A stretch of 63,751 nt of DNA, counting the filler, from Octopus bimaculoides (lineage: Eukaryota): NCBI RefSeq assembly GCF_001194135.2. It is 5 parts of 5 records of this genome, joined end to end, with 100 filler letters (N's around TTAATTAATTAA, not from the genome) between each part and the next. Parts side by side here need not be neighbours in the genome. Positions count along the whole stretch, not along the records: positions 1 to 24,798 come from NC_068988.1; 4 more parts are not named here. One strand, written 5' to 3'. The position numbers and the translations under genes are program-made. Position 1 is the stretch's first letter, and each line of letters starts with the position of its first letter. Shown one piece after another: positions 1 through 13,790 of the stretch. Below the pieces are notes generated by a model. The model was not told the DNA's origin. It ran no database searches and was given only the letters and a program-made list of their open reading frames with translations.

Positions 1-326
1 ATATATATATATATATATATATATAGATAGATAGATATAGATATAGATATATATATTTGTGTAAGTGTTTACGTATGTATATTGTGAGGGAGTATATCAT
101 ATATTATGCCATGTGGAATATTAGAATCGTTTCATGATCGGACAACGTGCCTTTCTTAACTTTTTCCGGTTCTTTTCCTTTTGAGTTTAGGTAAAGCCAA
201 GATCAACTTTGACATTCATCTTTATGGCGCCGATGAACTGAAATTCCAGTGCAGCCGTGGGGGTGAGGACGTCTAACAATTTCTATTCGAACATTGCTAC
301 CTTCATAATGCTATGAATATTCTTGT

Positions 327-575
<249 letters not shown>

Positions 576-721
576 GCATTCGTTTTGACATAGGCACAAA
601 AAATGAAATTTAAGATGCTTGGCTCGCCATTGTGAGACGTATCTCGTTTTAGGCAGCTTGAAGGAGTATTGTTTATGCTATTATCATTAATATTATTAGA
701 GATACTACAACTTTAGTATTG

Positions 722-722
722 C

Positions 723-821
<99 letters not shown>

Positions 822-850
822 CAACAACAGCAGCAGCCGCAGTAGTAGTG
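722..850. repeat. Compound microsatellite (TTA)n(GTA)n(GCA)n
   Basis: Direct reading. Confidence 0.95.
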
Positions 851-1706
851 TATTGCATTTACCCAAAGATCTACATATGCAAGTGCACATCTAAGTACAA
901 TTTCTAAAATTTGTTGGTAATATATATACGTGTATGTGTGTGTTTGTATGTGTGTGTATCTGTGCGTGCGTGTATATTTCTTCTCCACTCTCTTTCTCTT
1001 CTCTCTATCTCACCTCGTCTCTGTCTCTTTCTCCCTCTTCATATATGTATGGAGGCATGTATACATGCATGTATCTATATATGTATGCATGATCGTACGT
1101 GTAGTGGGCAAAAGAGTGTGCCAGAGAACGACAGTGATAGGCATACACACTCACATACATACACACATACATAAATAAATACATACATACATAACTGTTG
1201 ATATAAACATTTGTAGGGTGTATACATGTGTGTGCATATTTTTTTTTATGTGTGGATCCATACATCTTCGCATGTGTGTAAGCAATCTCGTTGCAATGCA
1301 GATTATCTATTCTATGATTAATGCATTGAATTAGTAATTGCATGTGTTTGTCGTGTACGTACGTGCAACAGAGCCCTGTAGTTCGTGCAATTACAATCAG
1401 ACAATAGGCAAATTCGACCTAACTGCACCACAAATTCTCCTTCTTCCCTTACCACCGAAACCAGAACAAATAAACCTTGAATAAACGAACAGATCGATAT
1501 GATGCGCATTGATGACATTGTATGTAGGAATCTTATCAAACGACAAAATAAGATCGTTATTAACTATGCATGCTCTATCATCTTAGCTTTCTTATGAACT
1601 TTACTCAATATTGGCGAGTTAAAAGCGAAATATATCTATTACATTCTATATTTTGTTACCACAGCTATTCGCTATAGCATTCCTTTGACATGCGTGTAGC
1701 GTGGCA

Positions 1707-1738
<32 letters not shown>

Positions 1739-2030
1739 NNNNNNNNNNNNNNNNNNNNNNNNNNNNNNNNNNNNNNNNNNNNNNNNNNNNNNNNNNNNNN
1801 NNNNNNNNNNNNNNNNNNNNNNNNNNNNNNNNNNNNNNNNNNNNNNNNNNNNNNNNNNNNNNNNNNNNNNNNNNNNNNNNNNNNNNNNNNNNNNNNNNNN
1901 NNNNNNNNNNNNNNNNNNNNNNNNNNNNNNNNNNNNNNNNNNNNNNNNNNNNNNNNNNNNNNNNNNNNNNNNNNNNNNNNNNNNNNNNNNNNNNNNNNNN
2001 NNNNNNNNNNNNNNNNNNNNNNNNNNNNNN

Positions 2031-2084
<54 letters not shown>

Positions 2085-3020
2085 GTGTACGTGTGCTAGT
2101 GCATATTGGTGTGATTAAGTGTCATTGCTGACTAATTTATTTAGATTGTTATTCCTTTTATGTACAATGAAAGAGAAAGACCATTATTCGTATCCATAGC
2201 ATTGCGTCTTCTACGATTATTATTAGTATTAGTACTGTTACAAAGAATAATACAATTATACATTAATATTTGCATCATATAATACGATTAAACATCTTCA
2301 TGATAAGGAGTTGGAGGAAGAAAATGCGGAGAAGTAGGAGTAGTAGGATTGGGAGTAGGAGCACGTCCCACGAATCAGTACATGGGCCACATTAAGAAAT
2401 AAAATTTGTATGTGAAAACTCTACACTTCCAGTATTGAAATAAATACAGAGAAAATATGAACACTCAATATGATATTACTTTTACTTATACCTTACCCAC
2501 TATCGTCACAGATAATTCTTCTCTGTTTTTGCTGAGATGTTGCTTAGAGTAATTCCTGTTAATCATATTTTTTGGTGCTGTCACAAATATTATTTTTCAA
2601 TATTTTTTTTTCTGATGTATTGTATTTATTCATTGTTTTCATTGTTTTTCCAAATGCAGCTCTGTGGGACTCGGATATGTGTATTGTCTTTTAGTTTGTT
2701 GTAGTGTCTGCAATTTCATTTCCAATAATCTGTGACTATGCATGCGATGCTTAGCACTGCTTTGTTCTAAATACAACGGGTATTCGTATTGATTTATCCC
2801 CATCTGTTTAAAGAGTTATTTTTTGTTATTAATTACGCCGGTAACACCGTAGAAAATATTTAGTAGTCTTTCGTCGCCTTTTCGTTCAAATTCTCCCGAG
2901 GTCGACTTTACTTTATATGATTTCGTAGAAGTTGAACACTGGCATTGAGGTACTCGATTTACCCCCTCCCCCGAACTTGCTGACCTTCAGCCAAATTCTG
3001 AAATTGCTATTATTAATTAA

Positions 3021-3236
3021 GGCGGTAACGTTGCGATCTGGCAGAATCGTTACCACGCCGAGCAAAAGGCTTAGAAGTATTTTGTTCATCTTTACTGTCT
3101 GATTTGAAATTACACCGAGGTACAATTTAATTTTTATATTCTCGGAGTCGATAACCTTAGCAGTTGAGCACTGCGGCTGGTATCATCGACTCACCCCCTC
3201 CCCGAAATTGATGGTCTTGTTTAAAAATCTGAAAGT
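3021..3236 (+). mobile_element. tRNA-derived SINE family A, degraded copy
   Basis: GGCGG..CTGGCAGAATCGTT head, ..CCGAGGT..GTCGAT body and CCCCTCCCCGAAATT tail match the better copies at 43531 and 41334. Confidence 0.7.
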
Positions 3237-4194
3237 ATCATTTTTATAATTTACTACCTTTCGTAAAAACAGCAATCTGGCAGAATCTCCCCTTGTGGGT
3301 AATAAAGAGATCAATCTGGCAGAATCTTCTGGGCATCGCACAACATTTTTAGATGCATTTCTTCTGGTTCCTTATCATCTGAGTTCTGATTTCTCTATTT
3401 GAATTTTGGCTTCCTAAAACTACTAGGTTTATGACAACATTCGAAAAATATTATTAATACAGAACTCACTTCTCTCTTCTGTCCTCACGTTCTTATCTTT
3501 ATTTCCAGAACTCCACATCTTGTTTACTTTCTTTGTTCCGCTTATGGATATGTTATTGTCCGTTATTTCTGTTATCTCGACGACGATTGACATCAATGAT
3601 AAGTCAATTATCCGAGATCTATTTTTCTCTGTGGACTGCAATAGCGTTTTTCTCATGTAAGCATACAGCATCATCTCTTAGTATTTCACAATGCTGAACT
3701 AATCCACACTGTAAGAAAGCAATTCCTGTGCTATGTTTGTTCATGTCTTTGAGACATGAAAATCGTTTAATGTTAGCTTTTGATTTATTCCTACTGTTAA
3801 ATCTTGGATCATGTGCCGCGCTAAGTAATCTTTGAGTTTCATTTGAATCATTCTTCTAAACAACTGCTCCAATTATTTATCATTTGATTTTAATGGTATT
3901 ATTAAGTTTCACGAGATGTCAATCATATTTGTGCCTTTCTTGCTATCATTTTAGTTACACTGTATCTTGCCCATTTCTAAAAAATTGTATTGTATTTCTG
4001 TTTCTTCGTAACTGACATCATTTCAGGCTACATTTAATTTTTTTTTCGCTAACGTATACTTCTTGTCATAGAGTTGAAGTTAATTTAAATAACTACTTCT
4101 TTTCTTTTCTACTTCGTGTAGCCCGACGTTAGGGTTATTTTCTTTTCCAACAGTCTAATTTATAGTGTAGAGGAATAATAATAACAACAACAAC

Positions 4195-4274
<80 letters not shown>

Positions 4275-4546
4275 ACTTTTGAATTAAAAGCAAATCAGTA
4301 AGCATTATGGATGAAACATAGACGGTGTTTATATTTTGTTTATATGGTAATTAGCTGGCGCCTCAAGTGAATAAAAACGGCGGATGTGGATATNNNNNNN
4401 NNNNNNNNNNNNNNNNNNNNNNNNNNNNNNNNNNNNNNNNNNNNNNNNNNNNNNNNNNNNNNNNNNNNNNNNNNNNNNNNNNNNNNNNNNNNNNNNNNNN
4501 NNNNNNNNNNNNNNNNNNNNNNNNNNNNNNNNNNNNNNNNNNNNNN

Positions 4547-4586
<40 letters not shown>

Positions 4587-4998
4587 GTTCCTACGCGCAT
4601 TAGACGCGGGTTACAGTCCTGGGAAATTTCCCTTACTGACCAGAGTGTTAAGGAACACTGAAGATCTGAACAGAAGAGACGCTGTCCTGAAGGTAAATTG
4701 GATCGAACGATATCGATATTTTGCCATCCTTTTACATCATCGGCCCCATATACACGACATACTTCGCCGGTGAGATACATATATGCAAACAATGTAAAGT
4801 CTATTCACTGGTATGTTCTAACGTAGCACCCCCGACAAGTGCTCTGCGGCATTTCATCCGGCTTTATTACCTAATTTCAAATTCCACTGATGTGCACTTA
4901 TCTTATCATTACTTCGGGGTCGATAAATTAAGTAGCAGTCAAACACTATGTAATCTACCAACTTTTACCTCAAGCTTCAGTCTGTGCCCATACTAGAA

Positions 4999-5082
<84 letters not shown>

Positions 5083-5373
5083 ACTTAATAATATTGTTGT
5101 TTTACATTTTTTATCGTCGTTTTACTCTCGTAGTTGTTGTTATAGGTACCTCAAGTAAATGTACACTACGACTTCTCAGATATTTTTCAAATAGAGGGAA
5201 ATCAATTGGTGCCAATATATTCATATAGAACGGTGTAAAAAATACTATTCACAGAATTAATGATCGATCGAAGAAGCGAAAGTGATTTTTCATTGTGGCG
5301 AGTAACTGATGACACGCAAGCGTCAATGGTAGCATAGAAACCGATGTTTATAATAAAAAAACATTACACTGAC

Positions 5374-5630
5374 ACTTAGCAACACGCGAACAATATTCTC
5401 AAATTTCAACACATCAGCTTATTGACAGTAGCTCAAGATACAAAATATAATCGAAAATATCTAGGCAGTCTCTAATGGGTATATCGTAGGATTAGCTTAA
5501 ATTACAATAAAGAAAATGCCCTTTAAATGTGAGTGCTGTATTTCTGAATATGATGATGATGATGATGACGATGAGTATCACAACCACCATCATGATTTCC
5601 TGAACATCATCATCATCGTTATCATCATTC
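5374..5630 (+). repeat. ~260-bp sequence with a near-identical inverted copy at 7783-8064
   Basis: ACTTAGCAACACGCG...CTAGGCAGTCTCTAATGG...GAGTATCACAACCACCATCAT is the reverse complement of 7783-8065. Confidence 0.9.
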
Positions 5631-5708
5631 ATCTAGGGGACATATTGCAAATAATTAAGCTCAATATAAGTGTGCATGTGAGCAAGTGATTAAATGTACA
5701 TATATATG

Positions 5709-5761
<53 letters not shown>

Positions 5762-5960
5762 CGAGGAGTGGGCATGACCAGTTCCTGGGTTTGGGCAAAT
5801 GAAAATGCAGGAGTATCTATGAATTATGATTTTATTCAAGACTCTCCCTTTCTAGTTTTATACACAGCAACGGTCCTTCAGTTTTCCTAAGCTCTCTAAA
5901 AGAACTGCAGAGGCTGAGCCGTCAACCATGCCCTTTGTGATATTCTTAAGCACTCCATCG
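5762..5960. mobile_element. Tc1/mariner-type MITE (CGAGG..CG ends, TA flanks)
   Basis: TA|CGAGGAGTG ... CACTCCATCG|TA; the interior is related to the copies at 29066 and 33652. Confidence 0.65.
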
Positions 5961-6032
5961 TATATAAATGTATCCGTGTGTGTTAAATGCTGAATAAGTG
6001 TTGATTTTATTTTAGTAAGTCATAAATGCAAT

Positions 6033-6421
6033 TGTTGTTGGCACTCCATCAATTACGACGTCGAAGGTTCCAGTTGATCCGATCAACGGAACAGCCTGCT
6101 CGTGATATTAACGTGCAAGTAGCTGAGCACTCCACAGACACGTGTACCGTTAACCTAGTTCTCGGGGATATTCAGCGTGACACAGTGTGACAAGGCTGAC
6201 CCTTTGAATTACAGGCACAACAGAAACAGGAAGTAAGACTGAGAGAAAGTTTTTTTTGGTGATAGAGTACAGCAGGGTTCGCCACCATCCCCTGCCGGAG
6301 CCTCGTGGAGCTTTAGGTGTTTTCGCTCAATAAACACTCACAACACCCGGTCTGGGAATCGAAACCGCGATCCTATGACCGCGAGTCCGCTGCCCTAACC
6401 TCTGGGCCATTGCGTCTCCAC
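6033..6421 (-). mobile_element. tRNA-derived SINE family C, near full length, with 8-bp TSD
   Basis: Minus-strand head has A box TGGCCCAGAGG and B box GGTTTCGATTCCC; (AAC)n tail; flanked by AATGCAAT at 6025-6032 and 6422-6429; a second copy lies at 12451. Confidence 0.88.
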
Positions 6422-7504
6422 AATGCAATATGCAATTATAACCCGCAATACCTTGGGTAAAACTTAAGTAGTTGCTATTAAAACAGATGACAACCCCGAC
6501 AGCAGTTAAATAAAATCGGTTACAGTCTTATAAACACCTGTGAGATAAAATGTTGATACGAAATGTAATATTATTTTTGCATCAAACCAGCTCACACTGG
6601 AATGGTTTATCTTTTTTCGAAATTTATATTCCATGTATCACAGATAGTATAAATACAAATCCATGTGACACTCCTTACGTAACTGCGCAGACTTAAGACG
6701 TGGAGAGAAAAATAAATAAAAGAACAAAAAAGGACACTTCGTAAAAATGAATAAAACAAAGAATGAAAGCCAAAAAGGTTCTATCAAGGAAATTTGGAGA
6801 TTCACAAGAAGCAAATTCCATGAGATAGAAGTCAATACTTTTTTATTGCTGCAAGATATCTAGCAGGAAACTTTTTTTTATAACAAACAGGAAATGAATA
6901 AACTATTGTAAGTGCTGCCAAAATTTGCTGCTGAACGCCTCAACATAATGTACATTATGGTGACAAAACACTTCAGTACGGTAATCCAAAATATGAACAA
7001 GTAACGCGAATGCGCTAATTTATCTACTACAGGAAAAATAACAGCTATTCAAATAAAACAATAAATATGTGACAAAAAGATAAAAACCTGAATTTTAATA
7101 GCGTTGAGTATGTTCCCCTGTGACATTGAAATTTGATGTAAATGAATAATTATACGCTTACTTACCAGTAAGATGAAAAGTAGCATGTTCGCATGTGATG
7201 CCTTCTTCATTACTTGAAGGTCCTCGCCAAGTGTCATGTGCAGTAACTTTCATGTAACAAATGTTTGGTAAGAGGTATTTGATAAAGTGAACCAATGTAA
7301 AAATTCGCAATGTTTATATAAATACTCGTACATATAGACGCACATATAGACAAACATACATACACATATTTATATGTATGCGTATGTATATGGTGTGCGT
7401 GCACATGTGAAAATCATAAATTGCAATGAGTACGGATATAAATGTATACGGGCACATGTAATTGCATAGCAAGTGACTTGATCTACGATTGTGTGGTAAA
7501 ACAA

Positions 7505-7846
7505 AAACGATTGCAACGTGGAAGGTGTTTATAAGTCATTTAAAAACACTCAAAAGCCGTTAGATTAACTTCAACATTGAAATTTAATTTGTGTAAAAAT
7601 ATTTCCGTCGCTTTGAAGCCGTGACCTGTTCACTGACAAAATTTCGTGCTGCATCTCGAAATTTTGTTAGTGAACAGGTCGCGGTTTCAAAGCGACGTAA
7701 ATATTTTGACACAAATTAAATTTAAATGTTCAAGTGAATCTAATAGTTTCTGTATGTTTTTAAATAGGTTGTAAACACCTTCTGCGCTAACGATGATGAT
7801 GATGTACAGGAAACTATGATGGTGGTTGTGATACTCATCATCATCG

Positions 7847-7889
<43 letters not shown>

Positions 7890-8090
7890 ATTCAGAAATA
7901 CAGTACTCACTTTTAAAGGGCATTTTCGTTATTGTAATTTAAGCTAATCCTACAATATATCCATTAGAGACTGCCTAGATATTTTCGATTATATTTTGTA
8001 TCTTGAGTTACTTTCAATAAGCTGATGTGTTGAAATTTGAGAATATTTTTCGCGTGTTGCTAAGTAAATACCTTCCACGCTGCAACTGTG
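7505..8090. mobile_element. Fold-back (palindromic) MITE, right arm interrupted by a 282-bp insertion
   Basis: Arms 7521-7646 and 7657-7782 are reverse complements around a 10-nt loop. The terminal TTGCAACGTGGAAGG (7511) is answered by CCTTCCACGCTGCAA (8071) beyond the insert. Confidence 0.8.
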
Positions 8091-8169
8091 TTTATATATA
8101 TATATATATATTATTGATGTTTAGCAAAAGTGACAGTGAGTCAGGGTCCGAAAATATCGTGCGTTGTCA

Positions 8170-10360
8170 CTTATCGAAGTGACAATCAATTAAAATAAGC
8201 GAATAATAAAATTAACAGACAATAAGAAGACATGCACAATGAATGTATTAGTTTGATTCTCAGTAAAAAGAGATAGTTTTTGACGTTTCGAGCATAATTT
8301 CCCACCGGAGAGTAGCAAGGGAGAAGTCTAAAGAAGGTAAAAATATCGTCAACAGCACATGCGTTATAACATTAAAACATATAGACCTATCTAGGTGTGT
8401 ACTTAATCGTCCTGTGAATACTGTTCCGTTTCTGAAACATTCGTTATGACTCTGATCAAGGCACTACGTTCCGCATAACTACTTTAATTAACATGAAATA
8501 CGTATCCAGTGGTGGTGCAAACATCCATTCTTCCAGTTGTCACATCCTTGGTACTTTTCTGAATCGTCGGCAACAGAGTTGGGAATATATCTGTGTCTGT
8601 TATGGACTACAGACCAACCATTTCGAAATATAATACTCCGTTCACAATTATAGCTTCATATACGCATGTGATATATATNNNNNNNNNNGCACACACACAC
8701 CTACACACACAGAGACATACATATGCATACATACATACATACATACGTACATACAGATTTACTTATACCTTTACGAGAATATTATTCACACTAACCTCGG
8801 ATTTTCCATCAACTAATCCATCATCGGACGGTGAGGCATTAAGTTTATCGTGGCCTGATAGAGATTCCGTTGATATGAAATTTTGCTGTGCTTTCTGTCA
8901 TTCTTTTGATTGGTAATTAAGTTGTAGGGCTAGTTGTGTTGGAGAGGTGTGGTTGAAAAATTTTAATTCATTAGTTTTTGCCTCGTTCGGAAGTTTTTCA
9001 CGCATGTAGAACTTTGTTAATATGTGTGTATTTTTCGTTATACCAATTCCAGCTCTTGGGACTTTTTGTACAAAATGCTCGCAAACTTGAAGTAGGTAGT
9101 GGAATACTTATTCAGGGTACGTGTCATTAGGATTTTTTTTTAAGTTTTTCTTTTGCTTAATTTAATATTTACTTTCGCAATGTAAATGTCAAAGAGCAAA
9201 ATTTAGTCTAGCATTTGAAGACTTAGGAACTGGGTATGTCAGCACTTTTTTCTGTAATGGTAGTTTTTGGAGCATCACAAGATAATATTAATAGGAGGTG
9301 TGTGTTTTGCTGGTCAGTACGTTTCTTTACATGTCATTTAGGATGTTTCCTGTTTATATCTGAATGTATGTATGCTTTTAGTCGAGCATATCATGGTGTG
9401 TGTTTTTTTGTATAGAAACTTACTTATCTTGAGCTTTGATGTTTACAAGAGGATGTGGGTAGGTCTAAACTCTGTTGTTCAGTATTGTTCTCAGTAGGGG
9501 TTCGTTGTTGTGTTAGAAATAGGATTAATTTATAGAAATGTTATCCGCTGTGCTTTATGGGTTCATGATTTGTCGACTATATGTTTATAAAAATTTCTTC
9601 ACTTCTGTTTCACCTATGGGCATTATATAATATATCATGTTATGCCTACGGATATATTTGAAAATAGGGTATTATAAGTAACTGCGTATGTACTTATGTG
9701 TAAAAATAGGGATAAAAATATAATTCAATTTTAAAATAAGTTTAAATATAAACAAATTTAAAACATTTTAGGATATTCAATTTAAAAACGGGGAATGAAA
9801 AAACAAAGGCATCCTTTTCTTGTTTGCATAAATATATGTTTATCTGATGTACGACTTATGTAAAGAATATTTGGGAGAGATATTTGATGGAGATTTGGGA
9901 AGTCTTAGATAATTACTAAGCTCATGGCTTGTCTGAAGCCGTAAAAAGTTTCTATGTAGATGATGGAGATATTTTACGTTAAAGATAAATAGAGAGAAGC
10001 GTGTCAGATATTTTCAGCGGTTAAAAAATTCTATTGGTTTGAAATGTTTAAGTCTCTGATATTTTGCTTAGTTCTCAGTGTGAAAATATGGTACAAGGCT
10101 GGAAGGATTTGCTGTTACCGTGTTGTGGAAGTACGTGTGAGAGTATTATCAAAATGATGACGAACGGTGTACTTTTGATTTCAATGTCCATATACGTTTC
10201 GATAGGCATGGATCCTTTTCTAGTTTGGGTTACGAAACGTGTGCGTATGTTCGTTGCAAATTGGCTGAAAATGTTTTGCTCTAGGTCCTGTATATGTAGA
10301 TATAATAGTTGGTGTCGTATTCCTGGTCACTACTGTGTTAGGAGCAATATTACCTGAAAG
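8170..10360 (-). mobile_element. Highly degraded Penelope-like retroelement relic
   Basis: 8200-8310 resembles the terminal/hammerhead-like segment at 53800-53905 (TGTATTAGTTT..TTTGACGTTTCGAGC). The following sequence is strand-biased like a decayed ORF, but no clean RT or GIY-YIG motif could be read. Confidence 0.35.
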
Positions 10361-11374
10361 GGGGAAGGATAAAGGTGTTCTACAAATGCAGTTGTCATTA
10401 TGTTATATGGTTTAGATTTATACTTTTAGAAGTTCTTTTCGTTTATTATGGAAGATTTGTTGTTTATAGCCGCTATTACTGAGAATATCGTTATATGGAG
10501 CTGTTATATATTACTTTTTGGGGTGGTTGCATTACCTATGTGTGAACCGAAGGAATTCGTCGTCTTTCCTATAGAGTTTATAAACTCTGGATTCTAGGCT
10601 GAGGGTAACATCTAGTATGTTGACAGACAGATGGATAGATAGATTGATAGATAAATAGATAGATAGATTTAGACCTTCGTATAAAATAATTACAATAAAT
10701 ACGGAGATTAGTAAATATCCATATTTCGTATTCTTATTTCTGACGTCTGTTACGCGCCGTATTAGATATGAATTTACCCCATGCATGTTTCTGTTGCATA
10801 GGCATCTCGTAATTGTATTTGCATTCATTTACTTTCGATTGAGTGTTAGCCTATACGCGTACATACAAGGAACATCCTCCGACATGGTTTGTAGCGACGT
10901 CACAAACACACACATATGCGTCGGGGTTTGGGCAGTCACCTGCTATGATATCCACTAACGTGGCTTTGCTCAGACCTCCCTAAGTTGCCACGCAGCGCGA
11001 CTAGACCCTCTGACAGGCACTTTCTCGTATGCAAGCTACGTCTGCGCCTGCACGTTTATATGTATCTATCTATATATGTACATATATGATATGTGTGTGT
11101 GTGTATCAGATTTCAGGAGGGTGACATCATTCGAATGCCAAAACAATGCGCAGCTTAGTGTGACCAGCGATGTATAACAACTTCTTATAATATAGTTGAC
11201 ACATTTTTTTATCTCTGTCCGTATTTTTCTCTCTTTATTTTTTGCCATGACAATCCTTTCTGTCGAAAAACGTAAGCTCGAATCACCAAAGAGTTTTCCC
11301 TTCTCGGACATCAAACTAATACACCTGGTTGTTGTTCCCTCACTTGCCTTCGTCTTTTATTTCTTGTAAGTTCG

Positions 11375-11441
<67 letters not shown>

Positions 11442-11815
11442 CATGCATTTATGTATGTATGTATTAGAAACTAAAGAACCTAGGAAAAACTTGGTAGACT
11501 TTACTCCACTTGTTCGCTATCGTTCAGCATTCGGCAACACATAAGGTCGCCCCTGTAGACGCAGACAGTACATACAGTTTATATGCAGTTTATATAAGCA
11601 GCAACCAAACTTTGATGGAAGAGGTAGGTAGACGAAACGAGATAGCCACAAAGAGAAGTGGCATTTGCCAGGATAGAGTTTGATGTGGAACAAATGGGAT
11701 TTACTTTACTTGAGCACATGAGATGAAGAGGATAGAGCTGATAGCATTTGGCAAGATAAATGTGTACCTACATACATAGATAAGACGCTGTGTATGTGTT
11801 TGTGTGAATGTGTGT

Positions 11816-11857
<42 letters not shown>

Positions 11858-12450
11858 ATGTGTGTGATATAAAAACAGACGAATAACGTACGAGTTTAGG
11901 AATTAAATTAGGCAATTTATTTAGAATATATACTTTCTAAAACTAGTAGGTGCATTATATATTGGTGACTGTTACATCTTTCTTCATATAATATTACTAT
12001 ATCTCGTGGGTATTTCAAATTAGATAACGTAATTTATTTAATGGTGTTAAGATATGAATTTGGTGATAGCATACTAAGTATTAATATTAATATAATTGAG
12101 TTAAATTCCTAACATATATGCATCTTATACAGAACCCTTTCAGCTAGACTAGACTTTCATAACTGAATAATAATTTCGGTTTTGTGTTCGATTCTCAAGT
12201 TTCATGTTGTAAACTCGTGTGCTGAAACTGATTTTTGTCGTATCTCGGGAGGGTTGTCATGACAATATCTTTGGCTCGCAGACCTGAATAACTGATTAAC
12301 TGAACGGTTAATCACTTAGGTGGATCAACAGTTATCTAATTGACGAATTCTAAACACGAAAAATCGAACCAGTGCCTTTGCTTATTATTGGTATAACGAC
12401 CCTCCTACGATGCCGCAATATTACGATTTTATATGAAAAGGCTTTAATAA

Positions 12451-12762
12451 GGCGTGTGGCTTAGTGGTTAAGTTATTTGGCTTGTGATCGTAAGGTATGA
12501 GTTCAATTCCCGACGACGCGTTGCTTCCTTAAGCAAGATATTTTATTTCACTTTGTTCCACTCTACTCGGCTGCAAAAAATGAGTAGTACATGTATTTTA
12601 AAGGGCCAGCCTTGTCACACTCTGTGTCACCCTGAATCTCGCTGTGAATTACGTTAAACTTATACATTTGTGTGGAGTGCTCAGCTACTTGCAAGTTAAT
12701 ATCACGAACAGGCATTTCTGATCAACTGGAACCCGCTTCGTTGTAACCGACAGAGAGTCAGT
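12451..12762 (+). mobile_element. tRNA-derived SINE, family C-related, diverged
   Basis: Head GTGGCTTAGTGG / GAGTTCAATTCC; the body (AAAGGGCCAGCCTTGTCACAC..GTGGAGTGCTCAGC..GATCAACTGGAACC) matches the 6033-6421 copy. Confidence 0.8.
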
Positions 12763-13649
12763 TATGTAAGAAAGTCTTACTGAAATACGTGTAATACTTC
12801 AAAGGTGATATGCTGTGTAAAAAAATATTTATGTTGTGTGTGTGTGTGGTTTTTCTCAGATTTCTTTTATATTAATCACTTGGTCCATTATTTCTTGTCC
12901 AATATAGCTCGTAATGTAGAACATCATGCAGAGACCCTTACACAATGTATGGTTGCATATAAATAGAGAATGTAGAACTCTCTATCTAGATATCAGAATA
13001 TAGATTTCTATAATGTTGCCCATCTACATTGTAACAGTTGCTATAATTTATTAGTTATTTCTTTTCTTTTGTTGCCGATTAAATAGATGTTTTTACAGAC
13101 ATTCGTACCAATCTTGAAGCAAATTTAAACTTAATATACGATGCAATTGTAAGCGAAAATAAATGCAGAACTCGTAGGTATGTTCATTACTTTTCGGTAT
13201 ATAAGTATTAAGTCTCAAGTCTTATAGTATACAACATAAAACATTGCTTTACCTATGAATGATCAACGTATGTTACGAACCATGACTTGTAGAAAAAGAA
13301 ATAAAATGATCTTTGATCTCTTTGAATAGCATGATCAATGCTATTATATATTCGAATTCTGAGACATTAAATATATTTTCATATTTTCACTTTCATTCAG
13401 AAGTGAACTTATCCATTAACTAGAACGATTTTATTTTTGATGTTTGATATTTGACGCTTTATAGAGTCGTAGTATCGCAGTATCGGTTGCCATATGTATG
13501 TTTTCGTATGTATGTATGTATGTATGTATTATGTATGTATGTATGTATGTATGTATGTATGTATGTATGCATGTTTGTCTGTCTGTATGCACGTATGTAT
13601 GAATTTAAGCATGAATTCATGTACGTATTTATCTATGCATGTTTGACTG

Positions 13650-13790
13650 CTTTCAAAATTTGGCACAAGGCCAGCGATTTTTAAGGTGGAAGATATGTGA
13701 ATTTCTTCGACCCCAATGCTAAAATTTTACTTGTCTTATCGTCCACCAAAGGACGAAAACCGAAAACGACCGCAGCCAGATTTACATCCA
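13650..13790 (-). mobile_element. SINE family A fragment
   Basis: TTTCAAAATTTGGCACAAGGCCAGC tail and TCGACCCC body. Confidence 0.6.

Noticed and set aside
1372-1400. Partial resemblance to miR-10 (CCCTGTAG)
   Set aside because: Only 8 nt match, the rest diverges, and there is no precursor hairpin.
6340-6421. tRNA genes at SINE heads (also 12451, 29861, 43531)
   Set aside because: A/B boxes are present, but there is no complete cloverleaf and each continues into a repeated SINE body.
5374-8065. A single 2.7-kb transposon with 260-bp TIRs
   Set aside because: No TSD outside the pair and no transposase inside; the right copy has its own 11-bp flanking duplication within another element.
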